A stretch of DNA of 63,975 nt, filler included, from Vicugna vicugna (GCA_013265495.1; 78 parts of 78 records of this genome joined end to end with filler, not necessarily neighbours in it), one strand, 5' to 3'. Positions 1 to 11,946 are shown, counted from the whole stretch's first letter. Numbers and translations are program-made. The notes: generated by a model not told the origin, from the letters alone.

Positions 1-304
1 TCTCCACGGAGGACACTAGGGTTCAGCAGAGCGTGCGGGAGGTCAAACAGCCAGCCCTGCTGCTGCGGGGGGTTCTCCCCAGCACGGTGCTCTGCTGAGT
101 TGACACTTCTCTGAGTTTGGTTGCCAACTGAGCAGACAGCAAATTAATGAGTTCTGGTGGGATTGTATAATGACAGGAAGAAAGAGGAAACCGTTGTTTT
201 TCTGAACTAGAACACGCGTTTGGTTCTTGATTCAGTGAATTCCATTACAGAATTGATGAGTTGTGTCTATTCTGGGACTTCATTGAAATAATCTTTCAGA
301 CTAA

Positions 305-442
305 AATTTAATAGTTATGTTTTATTTGGTTTGAGGGCTCGAGCCTGGATGGCATCCCCTCAGATCACTCTGAGGGACTGCTCCCAAGAGGTATGGCAGG
401 AGCTAGGATAAATAGTAGCATTACAACAAAGACCAGGTACTT
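305..442. mobile_element. Probable ERV LTR fragment (artiodactyl-type)
   Basis: gttatgttttattt...ctcagatcactctgagggactgctcccaagagg...ggagctaggata resembles artiodactyl LTR sequence from recall; truncated by the gap. Confidence 0.4.
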
Positions 443-542
443 NNNNNNNNNNNNNNNNNNNNNNNNNNNNNNNNNNNNNNNNNNNNTTAATTAATTAANN
501 NNNNNNNNNNNNNNNNNNNNNNNNNNNNNNNNNNNNNNNNNN

Positions 543-973
543 CTTCATTGGTTTTCTCTATCACCAGGTTCTGAAATCGGACATTTGTCACAAGAAAGCA
601 CTCTTTTATCGAATTCTCACAAATACACATGTAATTTACATTCTTTACATAACCATGGCATTCCGTATTACGAACATGTTTCATGCATCACGGATTCTTC
701 AAACTTGAATTTCTGAGTTGTGAACAAGCATGACTGATGTTTAAACCATAAGAAGTTACTTATGCACTTTGAAATATTTACTTTGACTTCGTAGCATCTT
801 CCTATCTCCAGTTTCAAGAATCAAACTTTGATCCCAGAAAGACACTCTTGGAGGGAATTCTACCCTGGAGTTATGTAATTTGAATAGATTCCATCTTCAT
901 GATATTCCGTTTTATGTACAAGCTGCGAGAATGATGGGATCGACAAATATGCATTCCTGAGTTGGGAGCATGT
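543..973. repeat. SatB satellite (AT-rich ~247-bp monomer family)
   Basis: Reverse-complement match to 3060-3470 (acatgtaatttacat, cacggattc, gaattctacc). Confidence 0.9.
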
Positions 974-1073
974 NNNNNNNNNNNNNNNNNNNNNNNNNNN
1001 NNNNNNNNNNNNNNNNNTTAATTAATTAANNNNNNNNNNNNNNNNNNNNNNNNNNNNNNNNNNNNNNNNNNNN

Positions 1074-2208
1074 CCCCCATGCACTGACAATGGTTCCGGA
1101 ATCCTGAACGTGGGGAAGATCCACCAACCGTCGGCAGCGAGTGGGTTCTAACGGAATAACTAAGCTCGTCTCCCCTGAGGTTTTTCCTAATGTCTCTGTG
1201 CCAGGGAATGCTAGGGGTGATTGCAGGATATCCCTGTGTCCTTGGCTGCCTCCCCAAGGTCAGGGAAGGTATTTCTCGGACTTCCCCGAAGAGGGAACTC
1301 CTGTGACTGAAGAGAGCTGCGTGANNNNNNNNNNNNNNNNNNNNNNNNNNNNNNNNNNNNNNNNNNNNNNNNNNNNNNNNNNNNNNNNNNNNNNNNNNNN
1401 NNNNNNNNNNNNNNNNNNNNNNNNNNNNNNNNNNNNNNNNNNNNNNNNNNNNNNNNNNNNNNNNNNNNNNNNNNNNNNNNNNNNNNNNNNNNNNNNNNNN
1501 NNNNNNNNNNNNNNNNNNNNNNNNNNNNNNNNNNNNNNNNNNNNNNNNNNNNNNNNNNNNNNNNNNNNNNNNNNNNNNNNNNNNNNNNNNNNNNNNNNNN
1601 NNNNNNNNNNNNNNNNNNNNNNNNNNNNNNNNNNNNNNNNNNNNNNNNNNNNNNNNNNNNNNNNNNNNNNNNNNNNNNNNNNNNNNNNNNNNNNNNNNNN
1701 NNNNNNNNNNNNNNNNNNNNNNNNNNNNNNNNNNNNNNNNNNNNNNNNNNNNNNNNNNNNNNNNNNNNNNNNNNNNNNNNNNNNNNNNNNNNNNNNNNNN
1801 NNNNNNNNNNNNNNNNNNNNNNNNNNNNNNNNNNNNNNNNNNNNNNNNNNNNNNNNNNNNNNNNNNNNNNNNNNNNNNNNNNNNNNNNNNNNNNNNNNNN
1901 NNNNNNNNNNNNNNNNNNNNNNNNNNNNNNNNNNNNNNNNNNNNNNNNNNNNNNNNNNNNNNNNNNNNNNNNNNNNNNNNNNNNNNNNNNNNNNNNNNNN
2001 NNNNNNNNNNNNNNNNNNNNNNNNNNNNNNNNNNNNNNNNNNNNNNNNNNNNNNNNNNNNNNNNNNNNNNNNNNNNNNNNNNNNNNNNNNNNNNNNNNNN
2101 NNNNNNNNNNNNNNNNNNNNNNNNNNNNNNNNNNNNNNNNNNNNNNNNNNNNNNNNAGTTCCGCCAACGGTCGGCAGCGTGTGGGTTCTAACGGAATGCG
2201 TAAGCTCG
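1074..2208. repeat. SatA satellite (~267-bp CpG-rich monomer), gapped
   Basis: cactgacaatggttccggaatcctga...ggcagcg.gtgggttctaacggaa, shared with 5277-6735. Confidence 0.92.
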
Positions 2209-2387
2209 NNNNNNNNNNNNNNNNNNNNNNNNNNNNNNNNNNNNNNNNNNNNTTAATTAATTAANNNNNNNNNNNNNNNNNNNNNNNNNNNNNNNNNNNN
2301 NNNNNNNNATTGCCCTGCCTTCAAATTCTGTATAACACAAAACAAAAATAACACAAGGAAGATATCAAATCAATGTGAATCTCAAGT

Positions 2388-2490
2388 GGGATTGGGTACA
2401 CTCAGTGGCAGAGTGTGTGCTCAGCATGCATAAGGTCCTAGATTCAATCTTCAGTACCTCCATTAGAAAAAAAAATTAAAAAGAAAAAAA
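2388..2490 (+). mobile_element. tRNA-Ala-derived SINE (camelid vic-1-like), diverged
   Basis: A-box-like ctcagtggcagag, then cagcatgca, B-box-like gattcaatc and an A-rich tail; homologous to 48602 and 52070. Confidence 0.8.
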
Positions 2491-2821
2491 ATTTATCAAT
2501 AATATTTACATATTAACAAATATCCTCCTTTAAAACTGTGTTCTAAAGGATAACCCGGGTTAAGGAGAAAGTACCTCTTCATGACTGTGATCCTGCTGAT
2601 AAGTGAGGGAGGAAATTAGAGTATGACCACATGAAATAAAATTTCCTATGAAATAATGATCCCGGGTGACAATCAATTTTGGCTGCTGTCATCACAAAAA
2701 AGAGAGTCAACTGTAATATTANNNNNNNNNNNNNNNNNNNNNNNNNNNNNNNNNNNNNNNNNNNNTTAATTAATTAANNNNNNNNNNNNNNNNNNNNNNN
2801 NNNNNNNNNNNNNNNNNNNNN

Positions 2822-3606
2822 GCATGATTGCCGAATCCGTCATGCATGTATCATGTACGGAACCCGGAATGCCATGTTGATGGAATTCATGTAAATTACA
2901 TACCTATTAGGTGGAAATCGCTCCAGAAATATTTTTTAGTGATAAATGCACGAATTCGAACCTGGTTTTAGGGAAAGCTGTGAAAATGTGTACATGTGTC
3001 TAGATGAAAATATTACTTTTATAGAGGAGGAAAGATTAGTAATCCAGATGACCTCAACTCAGGAATGCATATTTGTCGAATCCGTCATATATGTAGCATG
3101 TACGGAACACGGAATATCATGTAGATGGAATCTATTCAAATTACATATCTCTATTTAAGAATTCGCTCCAAGAGGGTTTTTGTGGGATCAAAGTGTGGTT
3201 CTTGAAACTGGTGATAGGAAGAAGCTACAAAGTCAAAGTAAATATTTCAGAGTGCATAGGTAACTTGTTTGGTGTTTGAAACAACAGTCATGCGCATGTT
3301 CACAACTCAGAAATGCATGTTTGAGAAATCCATGATGCATGAAACATGCTCGTAGTACGGAATTCCATGGTTATGTAAACAATGTAAATTACATGTGTAT
3401 TGGTGAGAACTCGCTCAAAGAGTGTTTTCTGGTGCCAAATGTACGATATAAGAACCTGGTGATAGGAAAAAACTATGAAGTCAAAGTAAATATAACTAAG
3501 TCTATATAAGTCTTGTTCGGAAGTGAAAGGTCTGTAATATACATGCTAACAAGTCAGAAACGCCAGATTACCAAATCCGTCATACATGTAGCATGTACGG
3601 AACCCG
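2822..3606. repeat. SatB satellite, complete trimeric HOR (~740 bp)
   Basis: The anchor aatcc(g/a)t recurs at 2834, 3079, 3327 and 3574 (245/248/247 bp); the 4th monomer start matches the 1st (catgtacggaacccg). Confidence 0.92.
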
Positions 3607-3706
3607 NNNNNNNNNNNNNNNNNNNNNNNNNNNNNNNNNNNNNNNNNNNNTTAATTAATTAANNNNNNNNNNNNNNNNNNNNNNNNNNNNNNNNNNNNNN
3701 NNNNNN

Positions 3707-4257
3707 CAAATGACAGCAGCGCCTGGGTTCTAAAAGTATCCCTTAGCTTGTTTTCCCTGATGGCATGCCTAGGTTGGAGAGGGGGGAAAGTGGGGGTTGG
3801 GCTCTAAACCAAGTATTAGCGTTTCCTATCCATGGGATGTGGGTTTTTAACCTACAACCCACAACCATGGAATAAATGTGCCCCCTGAAAGATGCTTTGA
3901 CTGTTTCCCTACATCCAGCACACACACGAAGAATTGTTCTGGTATTCTGAGTGTGGGGAAGTTCCTCAAACTGACAACCTGGATTCTATTAGTATCCCTT
4001 AGCTTCTGTTCCCTGAGTGTACTTTTAGGCCAGGTCATGAGGGAAATCTGGGGGTTGGGCTTGGAGGCCAAGTAGAAGTGAGTGCCCCCTATCCATTGAG
4101 TTAATACTTAGAGGAATTCTCCCTAAACGGAACACCTTTTCCTCCATTCATCTGGGTGCAGTGGGGCTGCACATCTCTCCCACACCTAAGAATGTGTTCT
4201 GGAATTCTGAGTGCAGGGAAGTTCCTCCAACTGACAGCAGCGCCTGGGTTCTAATTG
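3707..4257. repeat. SatC satellite (diverged ~260-bp multimer related to SatA)
   Basis: tgacagcagcgcctgggttcta-like anchors at ~3714, 3975 and 4235; matches 31555-32224. Confidence 0.9.
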
Positions 4258-4357
4258 NNNNNNNNNNNNNNNNNNNNNNNNNNNNNNNNNNNNNNNNNNN
4301 NTTAATTAATTAANNNNNNNNNNNNNNNNNNNNNNNNNNNNNNNNNNNNNNNNNNNN

Positions 4358-5176
4358 AAACCCTCAGGGGAGACGAGCTTAGGCATTCAGATATAACCCA
4401 CGTGCTGCCGAACGTTGGTGGAAACTCCACAAGCTCAGGATTCCGGAACAATTGTCAGTGCGTGGGGGAGATCGAGAGAAAACTCCACGCAGCTCTCTTC
4501 AGTCACAGATGTTCCCTATTCGGGGAAGTCCGAGAAATACCTTCCATGACCTTGGGGAGGCAGCCTCTGACACTGGGATAACCTGCAANNNNNNNNNNNN
4601 NNNNNNNNNNNNNNNNNNNNNNNNNNNNNNNNNNNNNNNNNNNNNNNNNNNNNNNNNNNNNNNNNNNNNNNNNNNNNNNNNNNNNNNNNNNNNNNNNNNN
4701 NNNNNNNNNNNNNNNNNNNNNNNNNNNNNNNNNNNNNNNNNNNNNNNNNNNNNNNNNNNNNNNNNNNNNNNNNNNNNNNNNNNNNNNNNNNNNNNNNNNN
4801 NNNNNNNNNNNNNNNNNNNNNNNNNNNNNNNNNNNNNNNNNNNNNNNNNNNNNNNNNNNNNNNNNNNNNNNNNNNNNNNNNNNNNNNNNNNNNNNNNNNN
4901 NNNNNNNNNNNNNNNNNNNNNNNNNNNNNNNNNNNNNNNNNNNNNNNNNNNNNNNNNNNNNNNNNNNNNNNNNNNNNNNNNNNNNNNNNNNNNNNNNNNN
5001 NNNNNNNNNNNNNNNNNNNNNNNNNNNNNNNNNNNNGTGGAAGTCCGAGAAATATCTTCCCGAACCTTGCGGAGGCAACCTCTGTCACAGGTATACACTG
5101 CAAACCCCCCTAGCATTCCGAGGCACAGACTAATTTGGAAAACGCTCAGGGGAGACGAGCTTAGGCATTCCGTTAG
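4358..5176. repeat. SatA satellite (opposite orientation), gapped
   Basis: ctcaggggagacgagcttaggcattc and gaagtccgagaaata are the reverse complement of SatA. Confidence 0.92.
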
Positions 5177-5276
5177 NNNNNNNNNNNNNNNNNNNNNNNN
5201 NNNNNNNNNNNNNNNNNNNNTTAATTAATTAANNNNNNNNNNNNNNNNNNNNNNNNNNNNNNNNNNNNNNNNNNNN

Positions 5277-6735
5277 TCCCCCACGCACTGACAATGGTTC
5301 CGGAATCCTGAGCGTATGGAGATTCTACCAACGGTCGGCAGCACCTGGGTTCAAACGGAATGCCTAAGCTCGTCTCCCCTGAGGGTTTTCTTAATGTCTC
5401 TTTGCCAGGGAATGCTAGGGGGTTTTGCAGGATATCCCAGTGACAGAGGCTGCCTCCCCAAGGTNNNNNNNNNNNNNNNNNNNNNNNNNNNNNNNNNNNN
5501 NNNNNNNNNNNNNNNNNNNNNNNNNNNNNNNNNNNNNNNNNNNNNNNNNNNNNNNNNNNNNNNNNNNNNNNNNNNNNNNNNNNNNNNNNNNNNNNNNNNN
5601 NNNNNNNNNNNNNNNNNNNNNNNNNNNNNNNNNNNNNNNNNNNNNNNNNNNNNNNNNNNNNNNNNNNNNNNNNNNNNNNNNNNNNNNNNNNNNNNNNNNN
5701 NNNNNNNNNNNNNNNNNNNNNNNNNNNNNNNNNNNNNNNNNNNNNNNNNNNNAGGGAACACCTGTTACTGAAGAGAGCTGCGTGGAGTTTTCTCTCGAGC
5801 TCCCCCACGCACTGACAATGGTTCCAGAATGCTGAGCGTGGGGAGGTTCCACCAACGGTTGGCAGCGCGTGGGTTCTAACGGAAAGCCTACGCTCGTCTC
5901 CCCTGAGGGTTTTCCTAATGTCTCTGTGCCAGGGAATGCTAGGGGTGTTTGAAGGATATCCCTGTGACAGAGGCTGCCTCCCAAAGGTCAGGAAGGTGAT
6001 TCTCGGACCTCCCCGAAGAGGGAACACCTGTGACTGGAGAGAGCTGCGTGGAGTTGTCTCTCGAGCTCCCCCACGCACTGACAATGGTTCCGGAATCCTG
6101 AGCGTGGGGAGGTTCCACCAACGGTCGGCAGCGCGTGNNNNNNNNNNNNNNNNNNNNNNNNNNNNNNNNNNNNNNNNNNNNNNNNNNNNNNNNNNNNNNN
6201 NNNNNNNNNNNNNNNNNNNNNNNNNNNNNNNNNNNNNNNNNNNNNNNNNNNNNNNNNNNNNNNNNNNNNNNNNNNNNNNNNNNNNNNNNNNNNNNNNNNN
6301 NNNNNNNNNNNNNNNNNNNNNNNNNNNNNNNNNNNNNNNNNNNNNNNNNNNNNNNNNNNNNNNNNNNNNNNNNNNNNNNNNNNNNNNNNNNNNNNNNNNN
6401 NNNNNNNNNNNNNNNNNNNNNNNNNNNNNNNNNNNNNNNNNNNNNNNNNNNNNNNNNNNNNNNNNNNNNNNNNNNNNNNNNNNNNNNNNNNNNNNNNNNN
6501 NNNNNNNNNNNNNNNNNNNNNTTTTTCTCGGACTTCCCCGAACAGGGAACAACTGTGACTGAAGAGTGCTGCGTGGAGTTCTCTCGAGCTCCCCCACGCA
6601 CTGACATTTGTTCCAGAATCCTGAGTTTGGGAAGGTTCCACCAAATGTCGGCAGCGCGTGGGATCTAACGAAATGCAATAGCTCGTCTCGCCTGAGGGTT
6701 TTCCTAATGTCTCTGATCCAGGGAATGCTAGGGGG
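5277..6735. repeat. SatA tandem array, gapped; monomer 266 bp measured here
   Basis: actgacaatg at 5811 and 6077 within ungapped sequence. Confidence 0.95.
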
Positions 6736-6835
6736 NNNNNNNNNNNNNNNNNNNNNNNNNNNNNNNNNNNNNNNNNNNNTTAATTAATTAANNNNNNNNN
6801 NNNNNNNNNNNNNNNNNNNNNNNNNNNNNNNNNNN

Positions 6836-7231
6836 TGAAATATTTATTTTGACTTCGCAGATTCTTCCTAACACCAGATTTAAGAATCACACGGTGATCC
6901 CACAAAAACGCTCTTGGAGCGAATTCTACCCCAGAGATATGTAATTTGAATAGATTACATCTACATAATATTCCGTGTTCCGTACATGCTACATACATGA
7001 CGGATTCGACAAACATGATTTTCTGAATTGAGGGCATCTGGATTACTAATCTTTCATCATCATCCTCTATAAAAGGAATATTTTCATCTAGACACGTGTA
7101 CACATTTTCAAAAGCTTTCCCTAAAACCGGTTTCGAATCCGTGCTTTTCTCACAGAAAAATTGTCCTGGAGCGATTTCCTTGTAATACGTATGTAATTTA
7201 CATGAATTCAATCAACATGGCATTCCGGGTT
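6836..7231. repeat. SatB satellite
   Basis: Reverse-complement match to 2860-3250. Confidence 0.92.
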
Positions 7232-7331
7232 NNNNNNNNNNNNNNNNNNNNNNNNNNNNNNNNNNNNNNNNNNNNTTAATTAATTAANNNNNNNNNNNNN
7301 NNNNNNNNNNNNNNNNNNNNNNNNNNNNNNN

Positions 7332-8178
7332 CCTTGAAAAAGAAGAGTAAAGTTGGAGGACTCACTTTAAAGGGTATTAGAATGCTATAGTACTAAGTCA
7401 GTACGGTACTGGCATAAGTTTGGATAAATAAATCTATGAGACACAATAAAAATCCAGGGGGAAAATACTTACATTTACTGACAGTTTTCCAGAAAGGGGT
7501 TAACAACACTCCATTGAAAGAATAGTCTATTCAACAAATGGTGTAGGGACAGCTGGGTATCTGCAGGCAAAAGAATCAATCTGGAATCTGAACATCCATA
7601 TTTTATATAAAAAATAAAAATTAATTCAAAATAGATCACAGACAGAAATGTAAAAATTAAACCTATAAACTTTCTAAAAGAAGACACAGTATAAGCCTTT
7701 GTGGTCCTAGGATAGGCTTTGATTTCCTAGATAAAATGCCAAGAGCAAAAGTGATAGAAGAAAAAACCAGATAAACTGGACTTCATCAAAATTAAANNNN
7801 NNNNNNNNNNNNNNNNNNNNNNNNNNNNNNNNNNNNNNNNNNNNNNNNNNNNNNNNNNNNNNNNNNNNNNNNNNNNNNNNNNNNNNNNNNNNNNNNNNNN
7901 NNNNNNNNNNNNNCCCTGTAAAGAAATTGTTTTAATGTTTAATAAAATATAGTGAAAGGACAATGTGCAGAATAGAAGAAAAATTTTGCAAAGCATGTAT
8001 CTGATAAGAGAGTAGTATCCAGGATATATAACAAAAGCTTACAACTGAACAATACAAGAAAATAGACCCAATTTTTAAATTTACCTCTAATTTAAACAGA
8101 TATACAAATGGCCAATAAGCATATGAAAAGATACTCAGCATCACTAGCCAAATCAAAATCAAAATGAGATCTCATTTT
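7332..8178 (+). mobile_element. Old LINE-1 ORF2 3' region, degenerate
   Basis: L1 motifs aaagttggaggactcac, agtctattcaacaaatggtg, actggacttcatcaaaattaaa and aatggccaataagcatatgaaaagatactca. Confidence 0.9.
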
Positions 8179-9191
8179 NNNNNNNNNNNNNNNNNNNNNN
8201 NNNNNNNNNNNNNNNNNNNNNNTTAATTAATTAANNNNNNNNNNNNNNNNNNNNNNNNNNNNNNNNNNNNNNNNNNNNACAAAAGGCAAAGCAGCGAGGG
8301 TCGGGTCCCATGGGGAGGGAGCGACAAAGGAGGACTGGCCCTTGCTCGCTGGGTCTCCCGTCTCCAATTGAGATGCCAGCGGGATGGAGGGGGAGCCTCC
8401 AAGGCTCGGATCTGTACAGAGCAGCCCTTGTCTGACAGAACAAAGTTAAACGGGCACAGAGCGTCCCCCCGACACCCAGCCTGCGACGCGGGCTGGCAGC
8501 GGCGGGCAGGGCCAGGATGCACAAGCCGGGCGGAGGACGGGGGCGGCTGCACGGAGGCAGCCCCGGGGGACTGCAAGGGGCTGGGCGCCGTGGCTGTGGG
8601 TGTACGGGACAGAACACCCTGGGCCCTCCATAAAACAGCAAGGTTGATGTGCTCTCGGGGGAAGGGTGCATACCCCCATCTCTGAAAACCCNNNNNNNNN
8701 NNNNNNNNNNNNNNNNNNNNNNNNNNNNNNNNNNNNNNNNNNNNNNNNNNNNNNNNNNNNNNNNNNNNNNNNNNNNNNNNGAAGGGCTTAGCAGCCTCAA
8801 AGGCCAGACTGAGACGGGCCTACAGCCCAGGGCAGATAGGATCCTTCCATCCTGGTCCCTCGGAGAACTTGCTCCACAGGGACAAACAAGGAGCTGAGTC
8901 TTGGCTCGGAGCAGGGACAAGGCTGTCCCTCGGTCTTCCCCGAGCCCACCCGCGGAGTGCCGACCAGGGCGGAGAGCGGAGCGCACAGCCGCACAGAGCA
9001 GCGGAGCTACCCGCGGCGCAGGCAGAGGGAGAGCGGCCTCCCGCTGGTCGGGCAGGAACACAGCCCCTGACCAAGGTGCTGGGAGGGGGCNNNNNNNNNN
9101 NNNNNNNNNNNNNNNNNNNNNNNNNNNNNNNNNNTTAATTAATTAANNNNNNNNNNNNNNNNNNNNNNNNNNNNNNNNNNNNNNNNNNNNC

Positions 9192-9335
9192 CTAGAGATG
9201 ATTTAAAGTATACAGGAGGATGTGCATAGGTTATAGCAAATACTATGCCATTTTACATAAGGAATTGAGCATCCATGGATTTGGTATCTGAGGGGGTCTC
9301 AGAACCAATCCTCAGCAGATAATGAGAGATGACTG
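9192..9335 (-). mobile_element. MER2-like (TcMar-Tigger) DNA transposon end
   Basis: Reverse complement resembles the MER2 terminus (cagtc...ggattggttc...ggatgctcaa...atactttaaatcatctctag), with TA directly after at 9336-9337. Confidence 0.8.
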
Positions 9336-10164
9336 TATAAAGATTTTGCCTCTCCAATGTAATTAATGTGCACCCAATATTTTTGCCTAAGAACAATTTC
9401 AGATCTTCAATGAAGTTTATATACAACAAGCTAAAAATCCAAAATATCAGCACTTTGCTAATTAACATCAATATCAGCAAAATTGCTAGTTAGTCTAGTT
9501 GGTTAACTTCCACTAGTCCACTGGCAAAAAAATAAATTATAAATTTAAAAAAATTTAAGACAACAATTAACCTCAGTTGAGAAACAAAGACTTCAGCCTC
9601 TTTAATACCAGAACTTTAATGTGAACAAATAATCTATCACAAAGCCAGGTTAGAGTAATCGTATACTATCAGGGAAGATAAAAGAAATCTAAATTCTTAA
9701 GATTAAATAATTATCTACTTCACACACCCATGTAATAATTATGCTATTAAATTCACTGAGTGCATCACAGTATAACATTACTAAAGAATATTGAACTATT
9801 AAGTGTCATACCCAAAATATGCAGAATTTGTGAAGCTGTATTTTAGAAAGATGCAGAGATAATGACGCTAGTGAATATATAAGAATTAGGTTCCAATTAA
9901 ATATAAAGTGCTGCATTTTCCTAAACAAATATGGTTAAGATTTATGAATGTAANNNNNNNNNNNNNNNNNNNNNNNNNNNNNNNNNNNNNNNNNNNNTTA
10001 ATTAATTAANNNNNNNNNNNNNNNNNNNNNNNNNNNNNNNNNNNNNNNNNNNNATCTAGTCTAATAGCTCCCTTTATTTCCCCCAGCTTTGGCTTATACG
10101 GTACCTGCTTCTGCAGGCAGTGAACCACAGAACGATTGACCATTTTTTTTTTCTGCTGCTCCAT

Positions 10165-10423
10165 ATTTTTTATAACATTTATTGAGCTATAATTCAAATA
10201 CCATACAATTCACCCAAAGTACACAATTTAGTGTTTTTTAATATATTCAGAGATTTGTGCATGTATCACCACAACCAATATTAGAACATTTTCATGACCT
10301 CAAAATGAAACCCCATACCCTTGAGCTATTACAATAGGCTTCCTCTTTTATTCCCCGACCCCATGTCTGAGCCCTCAGAAAACACTAATCTGCATTCTAT
10401 CTCTAGATTTGCCTATTCTAGAC
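10165..10423 (-). mobile_element. L1M(B)-type 3' end
   Basis: tttattgagctataattca...tatcaccaca...agaacattttcat...cactaatctg...gatttgcctattctagac. Confidence 0.8.
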
Positions 10424-10684
10424 CTGATTGCAGATTGCCACCGCCGCCGCTGCTGCCCTGCCGCCGCCGCTTGCCGCTGATTGCCGCCGCCGCTGCTGCT
10501 GCGCTGACACCGCCGCCGCTGCTGCTGCGCTGACGCCGCTGCTTGCCGCTGCTTGCCGCTGATTGCCGCCGCCGCTGCTGCCCTGCTGCCGCCGCCGCCG
10601 CTGCTGCCCTGCTGCCGCCGCCGCTTGCCGCTGCTTGCCGCCGCCGCTGCTGCCGCCGCTTGCCGCTGATTGCCGCTGCCGCTG
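10424..10684. repeat. Interrupted (GCC)n/(GCT)n GC-rich repeat
   Basis: Runs of ccg and ctg with recurring blocks ttgccgctgattgccgccgccgctgctg. Confidence 0.9.
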
Positions 10685-10784
10685 NNNNNNNNNNNNNNNN
10701 NNNNNNNNNNNNNNNNNNNNNNNNNNNNTTAATTAATTAANNNNNNNNNNNNNNNNNNNNNNNNNNNNNNNNNNNNNNNNNNNN

Positions 10785-11946
10785 ATGGTTCCGGAATCCT
10801 GAGCGTGGTGAGGTTCCACCCACGGTCGGTAGCTCGTGGGATCTAACGGAATGCCTTAGCTCGTCTCCCCTGAGGGTTTTCCTAATATCTCTGTGCCAGG
10901 GAATACTAGGGGTGATTGCAGGATATCCCAGTGTCAGAGGCTGCCTCCCCAAGTTCAGGGAAAGTATTTCTCGGACTTNNNNNNNNNNNNNNNNNNNNNN
11001 NNNNNNNNNNNNNNNNNNNNNNNNNNNNNNNNNNNNNNNNNNNNNNNNNNNNNNNNNNNNNNNNNNNNNNNNNNNNNNNNNNNNNNNNNNNNNNNNNNNN
11101 NNNNNNNNNNNNNNNNNNNNNNNNNNNNNNNNNNNNNNNNNNNNNNNNNNNNNNNNNNNNNNNNNNNNNNNNNNNNNNNNNNNNNNNNNNNNNNNNNNNN
11201 NNNNNNNNNNNNNNNNNNNNNNNNNNNNNNNNNNNNNNNNNNNNNNNNNNNNNNNNNNNNNNNNNNNNNNNNNNNNNNNNNNNNNNNNNNNNNNNNNNNN
11301 NNNNNNNNNNNNNNNNNNNNNNNNNNNNNNNNNNNNNNNNNNNNNNNNNNNNNNNNNNNNNNNNNNNNNNNNNNNNNNNNNNNNNNNNNNNNNNNNNNNN
11401 NNNNNNNNNNNNNNNNNNNNNNNNNNNNNNNNNNNNNNNNNNNNNNNNNNNNNNNNNNNNNNNNNNNNNNNNNNNNNNNNNNNNNNNNNNNNNNNNNNNN
11501 NNNNNNNNNNNNNNNNNNNNNNNNNNNNNNNNNNNNNNNNNNNNNNNNNNNNNNNNNNNNNNNNNNNNNNNNNNNNNNNNNNNNNNNNNNNNNNNNNNNN
11601 NNNNNNNNNNNNNNNNNNNNNNNNNNNNNNNNNNNNNNNNNNNNNNNNNNNNNNNNNNNNNNNNNNNNNNNNNNNNNNNNNNNNNNNNNNNNNNNNNNNN
11701 NNNNNNNNNNNNNNNNNNNNNNNNNNNNNNNNNNNNNNNGCCTCTCCAAGGTCAGGGAAGGTATTTCCCGGACTTCCTCGAACTGGGAACACCTGTGACT
11801 GAAGAGAGCTGCGTGGAGATGTCTCTCGAGCTCACCCACGCACTGACGATTGTTCGGGATTCCTGAGCCTGGGGAGATTCCACCAACGGTCGGCAGCGCG
11901 AAGTTCTAACGGAATGCCTAAGCTCGTCTCCCCTGCTGGTTTTCCT
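10785..11946. repeat. SatA satellite, gapped
   Basis: Matches 5277-6735. Confidence 0.92.

Noticed and set aside
2946..3158. Recurring peptide family (VACTEHGISCRWNLFKLHIS) in several pieces
   Set aside because: It is a translation of SatB monomer 2; frames are not conserved across copies.
1141..6678. Long ORFs (200-485 aa) in the ORF track here and elsewhere
   Set aside because: They consist mostly of X from N gaps plus translated satellite, and many end in the linker (LIN).
8279..9090. GC-rich piece with overlapping ORFs on both strands
   Set aside because: No recognisable protein motif; open frames are expected at this GC content. It could be genic or regulatory DNA but this is unsupported.
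10321..10740. Poly-Ala/Pro/Arg ORFs
   Set aside because: Translation of the GCC/GCT repeat, starting inside an L1 relic.
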